Below are positions 15,358 through 34,134 of a stretch of DNA of 64,000 nucleotides, one piece after another. Position numbers and translations under genes: made by a program. The DNA is taken from contig JAHLTZ010000040.1 of assembly GCA_025786725.1 (NCBI GenBank), forward strand, positions 62,001 to 126,000. The letters run 5' to 3'. The notes beneath the pieces were generated by a model, which saw nothing but the letters and a program-made list of their open reading frames with translations, did no database searches and was not told where the DNA came from. How positions within the stretch are numbered: the stretch's first letter is position 1; each line of letters begins with the position of its first letter. This DNA comes from Syncephalis fuscata S228 (Eukaryota > Fungi > Zoopagomycota).

Positions 15358-15752
15358 TGTGCTATTGGTATGTTGCTATTGTTACTGTTGTTGTTGTTGT
15401 TGTTGCCGATGCTACAACGGCTGTTAATACTACGACTACAACCACGATGACTACTATTGATACGAAATGGCTGGTTAAGAATAAGGAAACAAAGCTTACA
15501 GTAACGTATGTGTGGAAATAGATTTAATAGTAAATGATCAACAGCCATTAATATAATAGATCATTAACTACAAGTTGCCCCAATCAATTAATTAATTAAC
15601 TTTTCCTGTTCCTGCTCCGCTTAAAGCTTTTACCTTCACTTTCATTTGCCACCACCACCACTACTACTACTACTACTGCCATTTAGTTCCTCGCTTTCCG
15701 TTCATTCTCTTAGCTGTTGCTTTCCCTTCTAGTCTCGCTACACTTCTCCGCC

Positions 15753-18988
<3,236 letters not shown>

Positions 18989-19190
18989 TTTTTTGTATAT
19001 AGTTTATTATCTCTTCTTTCTTCTTTCTTTCTTTCCCCTTCTATTACTCGCGTCATTACACAAATAATAATAATAATACTTATGGTGTTGACCCATAATG
19101 ACGGTTGTAGTGCCACGAGTGATAATAATAGTAACGATAATGACGATGATGTTAATAGTAATCGTAATAATGGTAAGGACCACTGTTTGT

Positions 19191-21365
19191 TTATTTGCTT
19201 GAATTGAGTGCATCCTTCTTGCGTTGGAGTCGTCGTGCCTATAAATAGCATAATTAGTCAATGTATTTATATATATATATACGAATTAATTACCGTGGCT
19301 TCCTTCTTGATCTGTTCTTGACGTATGCTTGAATACACCTTGCGATCCTTCTTTGACATCATAATGGTGGCCATTTGTTTCTTTTCTTGTTCGGCCTTTT
19401 GAGTAGCAGTCAGCTTCTTTGTCTTCTTTCCAGCTGATTGTTCTGATTGGTATTCTGAGAAGTTGACACCGGCCGATTCTGCTTCCAACTCCATTTGGTG
19501 CTGTTCCTATTCATTGTATAAATAAACAAAATACCATTATACTAAGCTGTACTTACCTCATCTTCACTCAATACTTCGGTGGCCACTGCCTCATCCTCAT
19601 TAGTATCAGGTAGTGTGTCATCAAGTAGACGTGCTTCAGCTGGCACGTAGTCACCCGCCTCATACTGAACGAAGGGTGAAAGATGTGCAGGTAGTGTGGC
19701 ACCGGGTGCATAATCATCAGTAACCAGTAGTTTGCCGGCATTGATGCAGTCATAGACCCATTGAGGTTGCACGTAACTACGACCATAATATTGACGGTCC
19801 TGTTGTGGTCTATCGCAGATATGATGTGTAATACGATCATCACTGTCTGAGTAAGGGGAACCGCCACCGAGAATAGCGTCCCAGCCTACTTGGCCGCCAC
19901 AGGCACGAATAACAAATTCTAACGAGTTACGTGGTACTTCGCGTGACAGATAGAATATGCGATTGACAAATAGTTCACTGCGGTCTTGTAGACGTGCTGT
20001 TATAACGAGTGGCTTGGCAACGTCGCCTTCTTCACCGGCTGCTTCAATGGCGGCAAATTCATCTGCAGTTAATGATTGTGGCTCATCTTCTTCCATGTCA
20101 TCATTGCCGGATGTTTCGGCAGCAGCAGCAGCTTTCATATCAGATGCTACAATATCGGTCAATTTAGACGATAAAGTTTTTAGTCGTTTGTTAGATGCCT
20201 CAATCTATTAATACGCATTATTAGATATATTATTTATAATATAATATTAAATAAATGCTTACCAAATCGGCCATATTCGTTACATCTTCATTTTCCTTTT
20301 CATCGTCGTTCTTTACTTCCTCAGTAACTGTTGCATGCTTGGACCAGTCGAACAACTTTGACTCAATTTGCAAAGCATCAACCTCGGCACCTTCAGCCAC
20401 CTTTGTATAGTCAATCTTGGGTGGATAGACCAGATTCAATTCGCTGTATAAACGATAATTGACAAATCCAACAAGTGTGCGATAGAACTCGAGGAAGGTC
20501 AGCATAACACGCAGATCTACATCACCGGGGATCTAATAGATATATATCGTGTGAGTTATTTAATTCTTTTATATTAATGATAATAATAATAATTACCTGT
20601 TGTACAAATTGATATGGTACGAGCCAAGTAATAGGCTGTCCTTTAATCTCAGCCTGGTAGTAAATACCCTTGATGGACAAAAAGACCTTTTTGATACACT
20701 TGGCACGCATGACATAGTGTTGGAATTCAGCTGTAAGACGTTGACATTCGGTAACAAGCGGTGCCTTAACCTTATCGCTCACTGGGAAGGTTGAGAAAAG
20801 GAATAGTAAACAAAGAGCATCATCAAGATCGCGCAAAGCATCAATAAAGCTTGGATAACTAATAAAAAATAACAAATAATAGTAAATTGAATAGGTATAT
20901 ATATATATATATAATAAACTTACCGTTCACGAACAATATGATGTAGTGAATACGTAGGACGGTTGTCACGAAGAGCACGCGCCGTAGATAGATTTCGTTT
21001 GGCTAATGCCCGTGTTACTCGACGTAGATAGGCCTTATGGTCGCGGAAGTGGTTCAATAGCGGTTCATGTAATAGATATTGAATATCTTTGTAGTAATAA
21101 AAGGTACGTGGAGCAGTTGAACCTTTATTGGCCTTCTTCTTGTTCTTTGGTTCACGTGGATAGACACCCTTGATGATACAGATACGACTATATAATAACA
21201 AGTATATTTGTTAATAAATAAGTTACATACTTCTAGTGCTATAATAGCGAGTTAATAAACATACCGGAAATCAGCAAGTGTTACTTGTAGCTTCTTTAGC
21301 GCCTGATTACGCGTAATATACTTGACGGCCGCTCCCGACGTTCCTTTCTTCTTAAGCTTGCCCAT
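19191..21365 (-). CDS. NOP7: Pescadillo homolog (PeBoW/Nop7 complex subunit)
   Basis: Motifs [50 protein letters not shown] segment [20 protein letters not shown]. Confidence 0.97.
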
Positions 21366-22338
21366 AATGAATAGTATCCACCGACGTGTAGACTGTTAAA
21401 TATACCAACACTGCGCTATTATTATCCATAGACATCATCCATAGCCATTAGTACAAATAAATAAAGGAATGGTCATAGTATATACCATATACTATAGTAC
21501 TTACGTTAATGGCCAACCGACGATAAAGAAGGATACGTGAAGAGACAAAACTCTACAAAAAAAAGCAAAAAAAAAACTATTTCCCATTGAATATGGCAAT
21601 TGAATAAAACGAGATGACAGTTTTTAAACTTTTATTTGATAGTTTTCATTTTTACGAATAAATCAAAGTTATTTAATTTGTGTGTGTGTGTGTCTATTAA
21701 TGACTATAGTAAATAGAATGTGTGTGGTGCTCGTCAATAACACACGCACACAACGTATTCTTTCGATCATAAGGAAAAAAACATTATAGGGCGTATTTCC
21801 TTCGTTTTCCTCTCTTAATTTGTCTGGTTTTCCTTCTCTTCTTCTCTTGACTAGGTAACTACTACAATTATTACAATTTCTACAACACCTTTGTTTATTT
21901 ACTTTATTTTGACAGCCTAGTGGCTATCCTGTGCTATAATTGTCAGATTGTATCGTGTTGGTTTTGTGTGCGATCCTGCACATTTTTTGTTACTTTGGTA
22001 GGTGGTCTACGTCATCAGAAGGCGTTATTGTGTTTATTTATATTACAACTTTTATTACTGCGTTGTTATATGCACGCGAACTATGCGTGTTTGTTGTGTC
22101 TTCATGCTATGTATTGTTTATTGGTGAAAACAAATACGAGCGTATATTGTAGTGTGGCAGAGCATAGAGAAATAACCTTTTTTCCATACTATTTGGCCTA
22201 AAAGTGGTCGGCTTTTTGTTTACACACAGTATTATCAGCCAGTTACCAATAGTACTATAATGTATTTTACTTGTATTCTAACATTCTATGGTGTCTACTC
22301 GCTTTATTTCTAGACTGGTCACATTTATAAAAGCAAAT

Positions 22339-24331
22339 ATGTCTGAAAATCGAGTACCTGAGCATCGCCGAGATGCCTTTAAAAACAAGGGCGTTTTTAA
22401 GGCCGATGAGCTGCGTCGTCGTCGCGAGGAGCAGAACGTTGAAATTCGCAGACAAAAGCGCGAAGAATCTCACTCAAAGAGACGCAATCTTGCTATTCCA
22501 TTGGAGAATGATACCGAAAGCGAGGAAGAAGATAACATTACCGCTTTGGCCCAGGGTCAGGTAAATAGTTGTTAATAGTATTATAGTTAAAGTTGACTAA
22601 ATCTATGTATTACCATTATATGCCATCGCTATATATGCTACCATTATATAACACTACTATATGCTATTGCTATAATAGCTGCAAGAACAGTTGCCAGAAA
22701 TGATGGCACGGATTATGTCGGACAACGTAGAAGAACAGCTGGTAGCTACGACAAAGTTCCGTAAATTCCTATCAAAAGAGCGTAACCCACCAATCGATGA
22801 AGTAATTCATTGCAATGTTGTACCTCGATTTGCCGTATTGTTGCAATCAACGAATTCATTGCTTCAGGTAATGAATGTCAATGAAATAGTGGTAGACTAT
22901 ACTAATTGAATGAACGATAGTTTGAAGCTGCCTGGGCACTTACCAATATCGCTTCAGGTAACTCTGATCAAACACGTGTCGTAGTTGAATCAGGTGCCAT
23001 TTCTACATTTATTGAGCTATTGGGCAGTCAAGTGCCAGATGTTAAAGAACAGGTAAGTTTACTAATTTATTAAGTTACTGAGTGTATGCATATAACTAAT
23101 CACGATATATATGCTATTGACTATTGTAGGCCGTATGGGCACTAGGTAACATTGCTGGTGATAGCACTACATATCGTGATTTCGTCTTGCAACAAGGTGC
23201 ACTACCGTCTCTTTTGAAACTATTGACAGAAGAGAATAAGACATCCATGTTGCGCAATGCTACCTGGACACTATCAAACTTTTGCCGTGGTAAGAATCCA
23301 CCACCCAATTGGTCATTGGTAAGTCATTTAGCTAGCATTACTGATGAAATAGTATATTAAATGCTTGTAAATATACTATTTAACAGATCTCTCCAGCGTT
23401 GCCGGTATTAGCCAATCTTATCTACTCGATTGACGATGAAGTACTTACCGACTCGTGCTGGGCCATTTCCTATCTATCCGACGGTGCCAATGAAAAGATT
23501 CAAGCCGTTATTGAATCAGGTGTCTCTCGTCGTTTGGTAGATTTGCTTATGTAGGTCATATTATATAGCTATTACACTGTTACTGTACTTATTTCTGTTA
23601 TCAACTATGAATAGGCACCCACATACGACTGTGCAAACACCGGCCTTCGTTCAGTCGGCAACATTGTTACCGGCGATGATGTCCAAACACAAGTTATTGT
23701 CAACTGCGGTGCACTTCCAGCACTTCTCGGTCTATTGTCAAGCTCCAAGGAAGGTATCCGCAAAGAAGCATGCTGGACTATTTCAAACATCACAGCTGGT
23801 AATACCGCTCAAATCCAAGCAGTGATTGATGCCAACATTATTCCACCACTTGTTAACATTCTTCAACACGGCGACTTTAAGACGAAGAAAGAAGCGTGTT
23901 GGGCCATTTCAAATGCCACTTCAGGCGGACTACACAAGCCAGATCAGATCAAGTATCTTGTATCGCAAGGCTGCATTAAACCCCTATGCGATCTATTGCA
24001 ATGCATGGATAACAAGATCATTCAAGTGGCCCTTGACGGTCTTGAGAACATTCTTAAGGTCGGCGAGCAAGAGAAGCCAGTTACAAATGGTATCAACCAA
24101 TTTGCTCTATTTGTTGAAGATGCTGGTGGCATGGAGAAGATTAATGCTCTGCAGATCCACGACAACGTCGATATCTACAAAAAGGCCTACCAGATTATTG
24201 ACAAATACTTTTCGGAAGAGGACGAAGAGGATGCCACATTGGCACCGACAGTCAATGAGAATACTGGTGCCTACGCTTTCCAACCTGATGTCAATGTACC
24301 ACAAGGTGGTTTTGACTTTACACAGCAATAA
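22339..24331 (+). CDS. SRP1: Importin alpha (karyopherin alpha)
   Basis: IBB domain [23 protein letters not shown] repeats ([26 protein letters not shown]). C-terminal QGGFDF. Apparent -1 deletion at ~23645. 5'UTR introns present. Confidence 0.97.
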
Positions 24332-24739
24332 GCGCATAACTATTGCGCATCTGTAAGCAGTTAATGGGTTGGTGGATGGATAGTTTATCTATCTATCGAT
24401 CTGCCTATCTATTACCTATTTAATTGTTTACTTCTTTGGCTTATTACTTACTGACGCTCCGGCTCTGGCACTAGAGGTTAGAAGTATAAGTACGATGATG
24501 GGAGTGTACAAGGCGTGAATACATTTATTGAATTGAACGATGTTGCTTTCTTCACGTGTGTGTATGGTTGTAGTGTTTTTTGAATACAAATTGAATTAAT
24601 CTGAATTTGTACAAATGTCTTTTTTCTTTTTTTTGTTCAGAATGAAATTATACGTATTGTGATTTGTAGAGTGGCACTTTGCGTTTTCCTCTTTTATTTT
24701 CACTGCTATACTATAACTACTATAGTATACGGAATATCA

Positions 24740-26608
24740 ATGGTGACTAGTACAATGAATACTACTACAAAGACAACTGCTCTACAGCAGATACAAGTGC
24801 GTTTTGTGGCACAACAGGAAAAGTATGCCGTGACCGACGCACCAACTTTAGTTCCAGTGAATCTAAAGCGTTACGGTCTTTCAGAAATTGTTAATCATTT
24901 ACTTGGCACCACCGGTAAGTAGTGACGAGAACGGCGTGAATAGCAACAGTACTTATTGATATCTAATAAATTCGTACATTCGTATAGATTCACCGATTCC
25001 ATTTGCATTCTTTATTCAAGGCAAGCATTTGCAAAGTAGTTTGGCTGACTACATACAAGAACATGGTCTATCAACAGTAAGTGCTTAATTATAATAGGAT
25101 TAAGAAGTAAGTACTTATATATATATAATATAATATAGGAACATATTGTTGAATTGCAATATACGACAACGGCCAAACCACCACGTGAACTAGGCACAAT
25201 TCCTCACGACGATTGGATTGCTGCAATTGAAGTAACAAAGACGTAAGTTGATTAATATAGCTATTCATCGATGGATTAATGTTATTATAGTCATTTTCTA
25301 TCAGGTGCTTATGATGGTGTAGTACGTATTTTTAATCAAAGTGCCGAAGTAATTGATCAATTGACGGGACACGAAGGACCAGTCACTGCTGTACATACAG
25401 TACAACACACCAATGGTAATAGATCATTGTTATTAATATAAGTAATCAATTATCTAACTATAGCAGTATAGATAACACAATGATCTATTCTGGATCTCAT
25501 GACCAAACAATTCTTGGTTGGACAGTATGTATTAGTGTATAATATAAATATAATATAAATATATTAATTATTGGTTATACTATATATTGTATATTATATA
25601 CTATATATTAATATTATTAATTATATATTATAGTCAGATGGCAAAGCAGTATTTAAATGCATTGGACACGAAGGAAGTGTAACTGCATTGGCATCTAGTC
25701 AATCAAACAAAATAGTAAGTAGCTATTATTATATAATCAACTAGATATTAATGACAAATATTAGCTGTATAGTGCATCATGGGATGGTACAGTTAAAGCA
25801 TGGCGATTATCATCAAATGACGACGACGATGATGAAGATGATCAAGCTGTGTCTATTGCTAATAAGCGTCGTAAAGGTGCATTGCCTGTCAAGGTAAATA
25901 ATAATAATAATAATAGTATAGTATAGTGATTTGTAATTTATAATTAACATATTTATATTTAGACACCATTCACAAGTTTTATTGGCCACACTGGTCCAGT
26001 AACAACTATTGTGGCTGGTTCATCGTCATCCAGTCTTTTATATAGTGCTGGATGGGATCATACATTACGTACATGGGATATTACGGCTAATATGTGCACC
26101 CAGCAAATAGTAAGCTGTTTATTGGTATATACTAGATACACGTAACTTATAAATCCGTGTATTATTTATAGAACTGTGGTAAATCAGTTAATACAATGGA
26201 CTACAGCGGTGCTGCTCAATTACTGGCTACAGGACATAGCGATGGCCTAGTACGTGTTTGGGATGCAAGAATATCAAGTAAGATAGAGTAAATATGCACT
26301 TATTAGCTATTAATACTAATGACATTGTGCCTGTTTGTTCATTAGATACATCGGCTACAGCCAAATTGAATCTAACTACAAAACAAGGTTGGATATCATC
26401 AGTTAGCTGGTCCGATACAAGTGCCTTCTTGTTGGCTTGTGCAAGCTATGATGGCACCATTAAAGTCATGGATATTCGGGCTCAAGTACCACTTTATTCA
26501 ATTAAAGAAACGGCAGCCGGAAAAGTATTGGCTTGCCAATGGCGGCATGGCTGGCTCGTGTCGGGAGGCGAGGATGCCGCGCTACATATACGCTCTTGTA
26601 CGGAATAG
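24740..26608 (+). CDS. YTM1: Ribosome biogenesis WD40 protein Ytm1/WDR12
   Basis: NLE/UBL domain (PTLVPVNLKRYGLSEIVNHLL, PIPFAFFI), PHDDWI, WD repeats, terminal VSGGED. Confidence 0.93.
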
Positions 26609-26621
26609 AGAAGTGTAAGCG

Positions 26622-28251
26622 TTAAAGCTCGGCGGCCTTTGGATATTTTGCATGGTAGACGGCCTCGGGCACCAACGAAGCCGAGATTTGTTGACCGCCA
26701 AACCATCGCTTATCCAATGCTTGTATCGCCTTGTCACTCGCGTCGGTAGAGTCAAATTTAATATAGACTTCATTCTAGTACGCGCAAATAAAAGTAAAAG
26801 AGCAATGATGATAACGACGATCGAAATCAATAATAGCAATAATAAAAATAAAAAACAACCATATCGCAATGATTTAATTCAAATAAATCTCTATTTCTAT
26901 TATGATTCATAGCTATCGATAGTAACTTACCTCTGAATGATCTAGTTTAATGTGTACGATATTACCAAATTTACTACACTCCAACGTTATATCTTCTTGT
27001 AGTTCCCTTTCCCAATTAGGTTCCGTTTCTCTAAATGAGTTTATTAATAAATATTGTTGTCGATTGAATTGATCAATTACTTACGATGCTGCATCATACA
27101 TATTGCGTAATACAATACCTCGTGATGTAACCGCTACCGGCAAACGAACACTAGGACTATAGTGTATTATTTATAAGTAACTATACACCAGACTAATTAT
27201 ACTACTTACGCTATAGGCGGTGGTGCCACTTCTGTACCAGTAGGTCGATTTGCTAGTTTCTGCATTAGTTCATGTCGCGATTGTGAAGAAAGTGAAAATC
27301 CTTCCGTTTCTATAGGTTTGTGTATGCATATATTGATAATATACACCAATAGTTAGTATGCATATATCTTGTTAAATAGAATAATCGCTTACCATTGTCA
27401 TCTAGTCTTAGCATTGACGGGTTAATATGCTGTTCATTCATTAAACCAATTTGAAGCTATAAACAATCTAATTAGTATTCTGTTGCAGGCAAGCTATATT
27501 TCACTTTATAGGTTATTTACCGTATTGCCTAATAAACTAGTACCATTCATACTAGCCATGGCCGAATTGGCATCCAGTGCCCGTGTATATCTAGTATATA
27601 GATATCAATTAGCATCATATTGCTTAAATGGATGCTTATACATCATTACACCTACTGAACATAACCACTGCCTTTAGGTTCTCCGGAGACGGCATCTCGT
27701 TGCAAGTGTACCAATTCTATTTGTCCAAATGGTGCAAACAACTCACGTACATCATCTTCTTTAAGCAAGAGAGGCAGCGAATTGATATATAATCTTCTGA
27801 ACGCAATAGCATCCGATTGCATACTATAATAAAGGCATGGATTTATAAGCAACTGAATAAATAAATAAATTCATTAATCATTCTACTTTACTTACGCTGC
27901 TTGTACTTGAGCCGCCTGGGCTGCTTGAGCTGCTTGAGCCGCCAATCGATTCTTCTCTGCTTCCGTCGGCTGGACAATCACCGGAATACCTAACAATTTC
28001 TGACCCGTCAAAGCGATGGCCCGTGCCACCGAGCTCATTTCATAAAATTCGACATAAGCTACACTAAAATAATTGATAAATAAAATTACTAATACAAATG
28101 ATTTATAATAGTTACCCTTTAGAACGGCCGGTATTTTTATCTGTTACTATCTTGGCCTCTCGAACCCGCCCTGCTTGAACAAAAAAGTCATATAATTCAC
28201 TATTTTTTAAACGTGCTGACAACTGCATAACAAATACCGCTCCTATAATGT

Positions 28252-28293
<42 letters not shown>

Positions 28294-29090
28294 TAATATA
28301 CTAATAATTACTATACTATATATATATATTACTAATATACATACGTTGATCACGATCGGAATCATCGACTAATGGCGATGGTGATCGAGGTTGAGAATGC
28401 CTATTATAAAGTTAATAGGTGTATATATATGTTTAGTTACTTTAACACCAATGGCCCATTAAACACCTACTTGGACGATCGATGTCCGCCATCTCGATGC
28501 GACCGTTCAGGTGTACGAGAACGATGCGATCTACGACGCGATGACGATCGATGACGACGGCGATGCTGCTGCTCGACGGATCCTGACCGAGACCGACTAC
28601 GATGGGATCTATAACGTCGGTGAGAACGACTAGGACTACGGTTGTCGCGATCTTTGTCGCGATCTCTTTCACGCTCTCTGTCACGCTCGCGATCTCTGTC
28701 GCGATCTCTGTCCCGTTCGCGATGACGGTCACGATCGCGTTGTCGCGAACGAGATCGACGCCGTGAACGAGAACGAGAGTGTCGATGCGATGATCGTGTA
28801 GATTCACGCTCACGCACTTGCTTATCCTGTGTTCTAATAATATTAATTCAACGTACAAGCGGTTAGTTGCATCTATTACTTTACATCAATGTATATAGCT
28901 GTTTATCTATATTAACTTACTTTTCGACGCCATTCATCGCGTTATCCTCCTCCGTAATACCCGCTTGAGTCTATTCAAATGCGTATAGACATACATTATA
29001 TATATATTATAAATACATATTTAATAAAATTGAATTATCTACCTTAAAAGGTGCATCTAACAGCGCCTCGACGTCAATGTCGTCCGCCAT
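26622..29090 (-). CDS. RBM39/RBM23 (CAPER/Rsd1)-like splicing factor
   Basis: N-terminus [19 protein letters not shown] region, RRM1 ([11 protein letters not shown]...SKGVAYVEF), RRM2, and a C-terminal UHM with RWFGGQQI. Confidence 0.92.
28254..28292. repeat. (AAT)n intronic microsatellite
   Basis: Read directly, inside an intron of the RBM39-like gene. Confidence 0.9.
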
Positions 29091-29505
29091 TCTTGTTTAT
29101 GTATTTGCTAGATTGTTCGTTATACTATATGTTGGCGGTAGGAGTAGTAGAGTATGAGAATGTAAAGAAAAAAGAACTCAATGAATTATTGTCGTTAGTC
29201 AATCAATGACTTGAACTAACTAATAAACTATCGTGGTAGATTTAAACAACACTTGTATTTAATACACTCACTCACTCACTTCCATCTTTCTTTAGGTGCT
29301 AGATTGCTTCTTTTCATCTGTGCTTATTTACTACTGCCTCTTTGCCAACCCATACTTGGCTGCCTGTTATATTTATAGTAATCTATATATATAACTGTGC
29401 AAACGGTAACGGGTCTAGTTTCCGTTGACTGATAGAGAAAAACACTAATCTACGACGCGTACAAGTCTTGCTGAAGTGGAATGCGATAATTTGGCTTAGT
29501 AAACA

Positions 29506-31285
29506 ATGAAAGGACATAATCGCTCATGGCGCCGTACCGATACGGCTCGACTTTCAAGTGTTGATAATGAAGAAGATATGGAAGCAATGAGCAGTGGGTA
29601 GTGGTGGTGGTGGCTCTATTACAGCAACACAAAGACGCGAACGTTTTGAACAAGTACCTGATGCCAACCGATATGAACAAGTAAGTTTGACGTTATAATA
29701 AATAACAAATATAGTATATTGATTATATTAATTGCTAATATGTATTAATCTACAATTGCTTTAGATGAAAAAAGACCGCGAACAATTGCGCCAAAAGTAT
29801 ATTGATCAAGGATTGCTACAAGATCCCAATCAAAAGACTGATTTACGTAATGCTATCAAGTTTATTGGCACTTGTCAGGATATGTGTCCAGAATTTGAAC
29901 GGGAAGAACGGGAATATCAGAAAAGTGTTGACAAACTTGAACTTGTAAGATAATAGCAATCTAATGTATTATATAAACACTAATAACACTCTACACTAAT
30001 AGAAAGCTGGAACAACCAATCGAATTGACCATGCAAAGGCCGTAAAAACATTTCATCGACCAGCTGCTGGTAATGAACAACCATTACCGCGTGATGTACG
30101 GCCACCGCACATTCTTGAAGTAAGTACTGTCGATGATATTAGTAGATGGCATATTTATTCTATTGAAATAGCACACATTGTCCTATTTAATCCATGATAT
30201 TGTTATGAGACATGGCGTTGAAAATAGCCATTTCTTTGTACGTGATCGTATGCGATCTATTCGACAAGATTATACACTACAGAATGAACGGGGTATTTCA
30301 GCGATTACGGTTCATGAAAAGGTAGCCCGTTATCATATTGCCTGTACCCATTTATTATGTGAAGTGTCAAGTTTTAGTGAAAGTCAAGAAATGGAACAAT
30401 TACGTAAAGGTAATAGTCATATTATTATTGTTATTGTACTACAAATTATTTAATCGTTTATACATAAATGATTAGTATTACAAAGTTTACATGAATTTTA
30501 CGATGATGCCGAATCAAATGGATGGACTTGTGAAAATGAAGCTGAATTTCGTAGTTACCATTTGGTGGCACATTTGGGTGATAAAGACATTTTACGACAA
30601 TCTCAATTTTATTCAGCTTCGGTCATTCGATCACCAATGGTACAACATGCATTAAAGTTTCATGCTTTGTATCAACAAGAAGGTTCATTTCAGATGGTGG
30701 ATATGGTGCGGTTTTTTAGATTAGTGGCTCATCCAGCCACATCTTTTCTTACCGCTTGTTTACTTGAGCATTTCTTTATTGCTATACGGAAGGCAGGATT
30801 AAGTCTTTTACGTAATGCAGTCAATCTACGCCAAAAGCCATCAATATCTATTGATCGATTTGCTTCGATGTTTGCCTTCACAGATTACGGTGAAATGTTA
30901 CAATTCTGCAATTTCTTTGGCATGTCTGTAAACGATAATCAAGTTATCTTATCGTCAGAAGATACAACTGTATTGAATACATCGTTATCACAATCGCCAT
31001 TTGTTCCATCCATGTCGACTGAATTAAGTAAGTTGCTGATATGTATGTTATATTTTAATTTATTAATAACATTATTAATATAGGTAATGGTACAACAGAA
31101 AAGAAGGTCAACCCACTGCCTCGTAGAAAGAATGAACGATTAGTAACAGTTAAAATGACGGATACATTAGCTTCTTATATTGAACATGTCCATATACCTG
31201 ATATTAATAGTTTCCATAATTCTATATGGCCGCCTTCTGCTTTATTACCGAATGTTAATGCTTTTATTAATAATAATACGTATAA

Positions 31286-31317
<32 letters not shown>

Positions 31318-34049
31318 TAACAGTTAAATCTGGCTTTTCATTTGCTCCATTTGGCACAAGTGTTAATACTATGGGTAGTAATGCTATTCAAGGATCAAGT
31401 ATTCAGCCAACAGCATCATTCTCGACGCCTTCATTTGGATTAAATACTAGTGTTAATACTAGTATGGTGCACAACCACCTAGCATACCATTTAATTCATT
31501 TAATGCAAAGGCATTTGGCGTTAATACTAGTACAAATATTCCTTCAAAGCCAATAACGCCAACTGCCTTTAATCCTACGGCTGTACCAACACCTTCAGCA
31601 ATATCAATTACGCCTAGTTCTGTCAATTCTTTAATAGCCGCTTCTCCAGCTACATCATTACCATTACCGCCACCACCTGTACCAGTAACCAAACGTGACA
31701 CACCACCCATTGATGGTGTATCAAAAGAAATGGCCCAAGATATGTTGAATGAGCAATTAAGACAGGCTATTTTTTCAGTATGGACACAGTCAATGGAAGA
31801 AGCAAAGGAACAAGATAGAGCAACTAAAGAACGTGTAGCCCGTGATTTAACATCAACTATACTACAATCCTTATTACAAGAGACATTAGCTGAGACATTA
31901 AAGACAACGCAACATCAAGCGGATATCACTCAAGCTATTATCAAAACTAGTTATACTATATCGCAACAACTTATGGAAACAGCACTATTAACGACTATTA
32001 CTAAATTAGTGGCCGATAAACGAGTTGAAGCTGCTCTTTATCGATCAACGATGCGTCGCTGGCGTGCAGCTTATCAAGCACGAGAAGCACAGCGTATAGA
32101 ACAACAACGCCGTATTGAACTATTCCGAGTGAATACGACGGGTATTAAATTGGGTCCAACTCGATGTGATCAATTAACACTACCATTAACAGAATTCCAC
32201 GTAGTACGTGATTCATTAACCACTACTACTGCTACTACATCTTCAACAGCTGACACAATACAAGAGAATCCATGGCGTCCAATTGATTGGACAGAACGTT
32301 TAACGCAATTAAAGATATCTGATGATCAACAATCAAGATCACATTTATGGCAATTATCGGTATCGGTAGAAGAAGAGGATAAACTATCAGCTGCATGGTT
32401 AGAAGCAAAGATGATTACACGTCAACAACAACAATCATCATTAGATAATAACAACAGTAACAGTAATGATAAAGGAATTACATACTTAATTACACCAGAA
32501 ATGAACAATAGTAAACTATTAGACAAGGTAGTACAAATAATGATGTTATTATTAACTGATTGATTAATTGATTAATGTTAATACTAGAATGTTGAAGCAT
32601 CGGCTATTTTATTTATTGGATCAGATTTAAGTCAAGTGGATGAAAATGATACAGTTTCAATGTAAGTTGTTATTTTGAATTATATTGATGTATATTGTAT
32701 TTATATTAATATTTATACTATTTAGGTCGAGTTATACGTTGGAACAACGTGAACGACTTTATGCGTTATCTTCATCTATACCTGGTCGTCATATACCGTT
32801 ATTAATGGTATTCTGGGCCCATACAGGTTCTGCTCAAGAAGTAGCTTTTGTTCATCGAGTAAGTAACTATTTAATATATATACATATATATATATATTAA
32901 TACTAATATTAATATTGTTATTGTTGTTATTATTATAGGTTACAGATCAATGTTCTCGTGAATTAACCAAAAAACGATGTGTTATTCTTTCGAGTCAAGA
33001 ATCATTTAATGAATTTGATAAACAAATAGACTGGCTTATTGAACATAGCAGTCTACACCCTATTATATCATTCTATGGTAATTACATTGTATTGTATTAT
33101 ATTTACATACTTATTAATATGATTTATTGAATAGAATTAACCCGTGACTTTTCTGACGTATTTCGATGGACATGTCGACGTGTTAATCAATTTGAGACAA
33201 CTTGGTTATTGCCATTCTCGACATCATCATCAACAACAATAACAACAGCATCGAATATACGCTCTGATCAACATAGAAAAAGGTCCACCTCATTTACTGA
33301 TGCTGTATTACGACATACTATCGATTATGTTAATCTGTTAATTGAATTGTTTAATAGCTATTTAATTACTTTGGAACAGCTAATTAGTAGTTATTTATTA
33401 AATGATCAACAAATGAATAATCATGAATTTTTTAATCAACTTAAAATAGCCCCCACTTATGAATTGTAAGTAATTATAACTATATTATATATTGTCTATG
33501 ATATATGATCTAATATATATATATATATGTATATATTGTTATATTGTTATATAGATTAACTTTACAAATGACGGCTCAAAGACTATTGGCCAGTATTCAT
33601 TGGATTCCACCGGCTATGACACTATCTTGTAATGGTACGTTGATATTTCAACACTTTATTATTGTATATTAATTATAATTATATTATTAGCTGAATTGAT
33701 GCTATCTCAATTGTTTAGAGAGTTGGAAGTAATTGTATTGTCATTGATAGAACAGCATACAACATCATACAATGCATTGATTTACATGCATTCAACTCAG
33801 CAACAAGAACTGTTATCTAATTTCCGATTAAAGGCCCAACATATATTGGATAGAATAGAACGAGACTTCCGTATTTTACCTCAAACATCCGAGATTACAA
33901 AGTAATTAGAAATGCTATCACTTTTATTAATTAATTAATATGTTTATTGTAGGAAACCACGCCGTATTACAACTCAATCAAGTTTAAGCCAATTGCGATC
34001 GCTAGTTCACGACGTACAAGATTGGCTACATCAATCGGAATCATCTTAA
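29506..34049 (+). CDS. SAC3: SAC3/GANP family TREX-2 scaffold
   Basis: Motifs FIGTCQDMCPEFERE, AVKTFHRPAAG, DVRPP, FVRDRMRSIRQDYTLQ, NEAEFRSY. FG-containing low-complexity mid region and a CID-like helical region. The 3' exons are approximate. Confidence 0.9.
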
Positions 34050-34134
34050 TTATTCTAATTGTATATTATTTCATCGTTTACGTATTTAGTTTGTTTTGTT
34101 TTATAATAATTAATGATATTACAATCAATAACCG

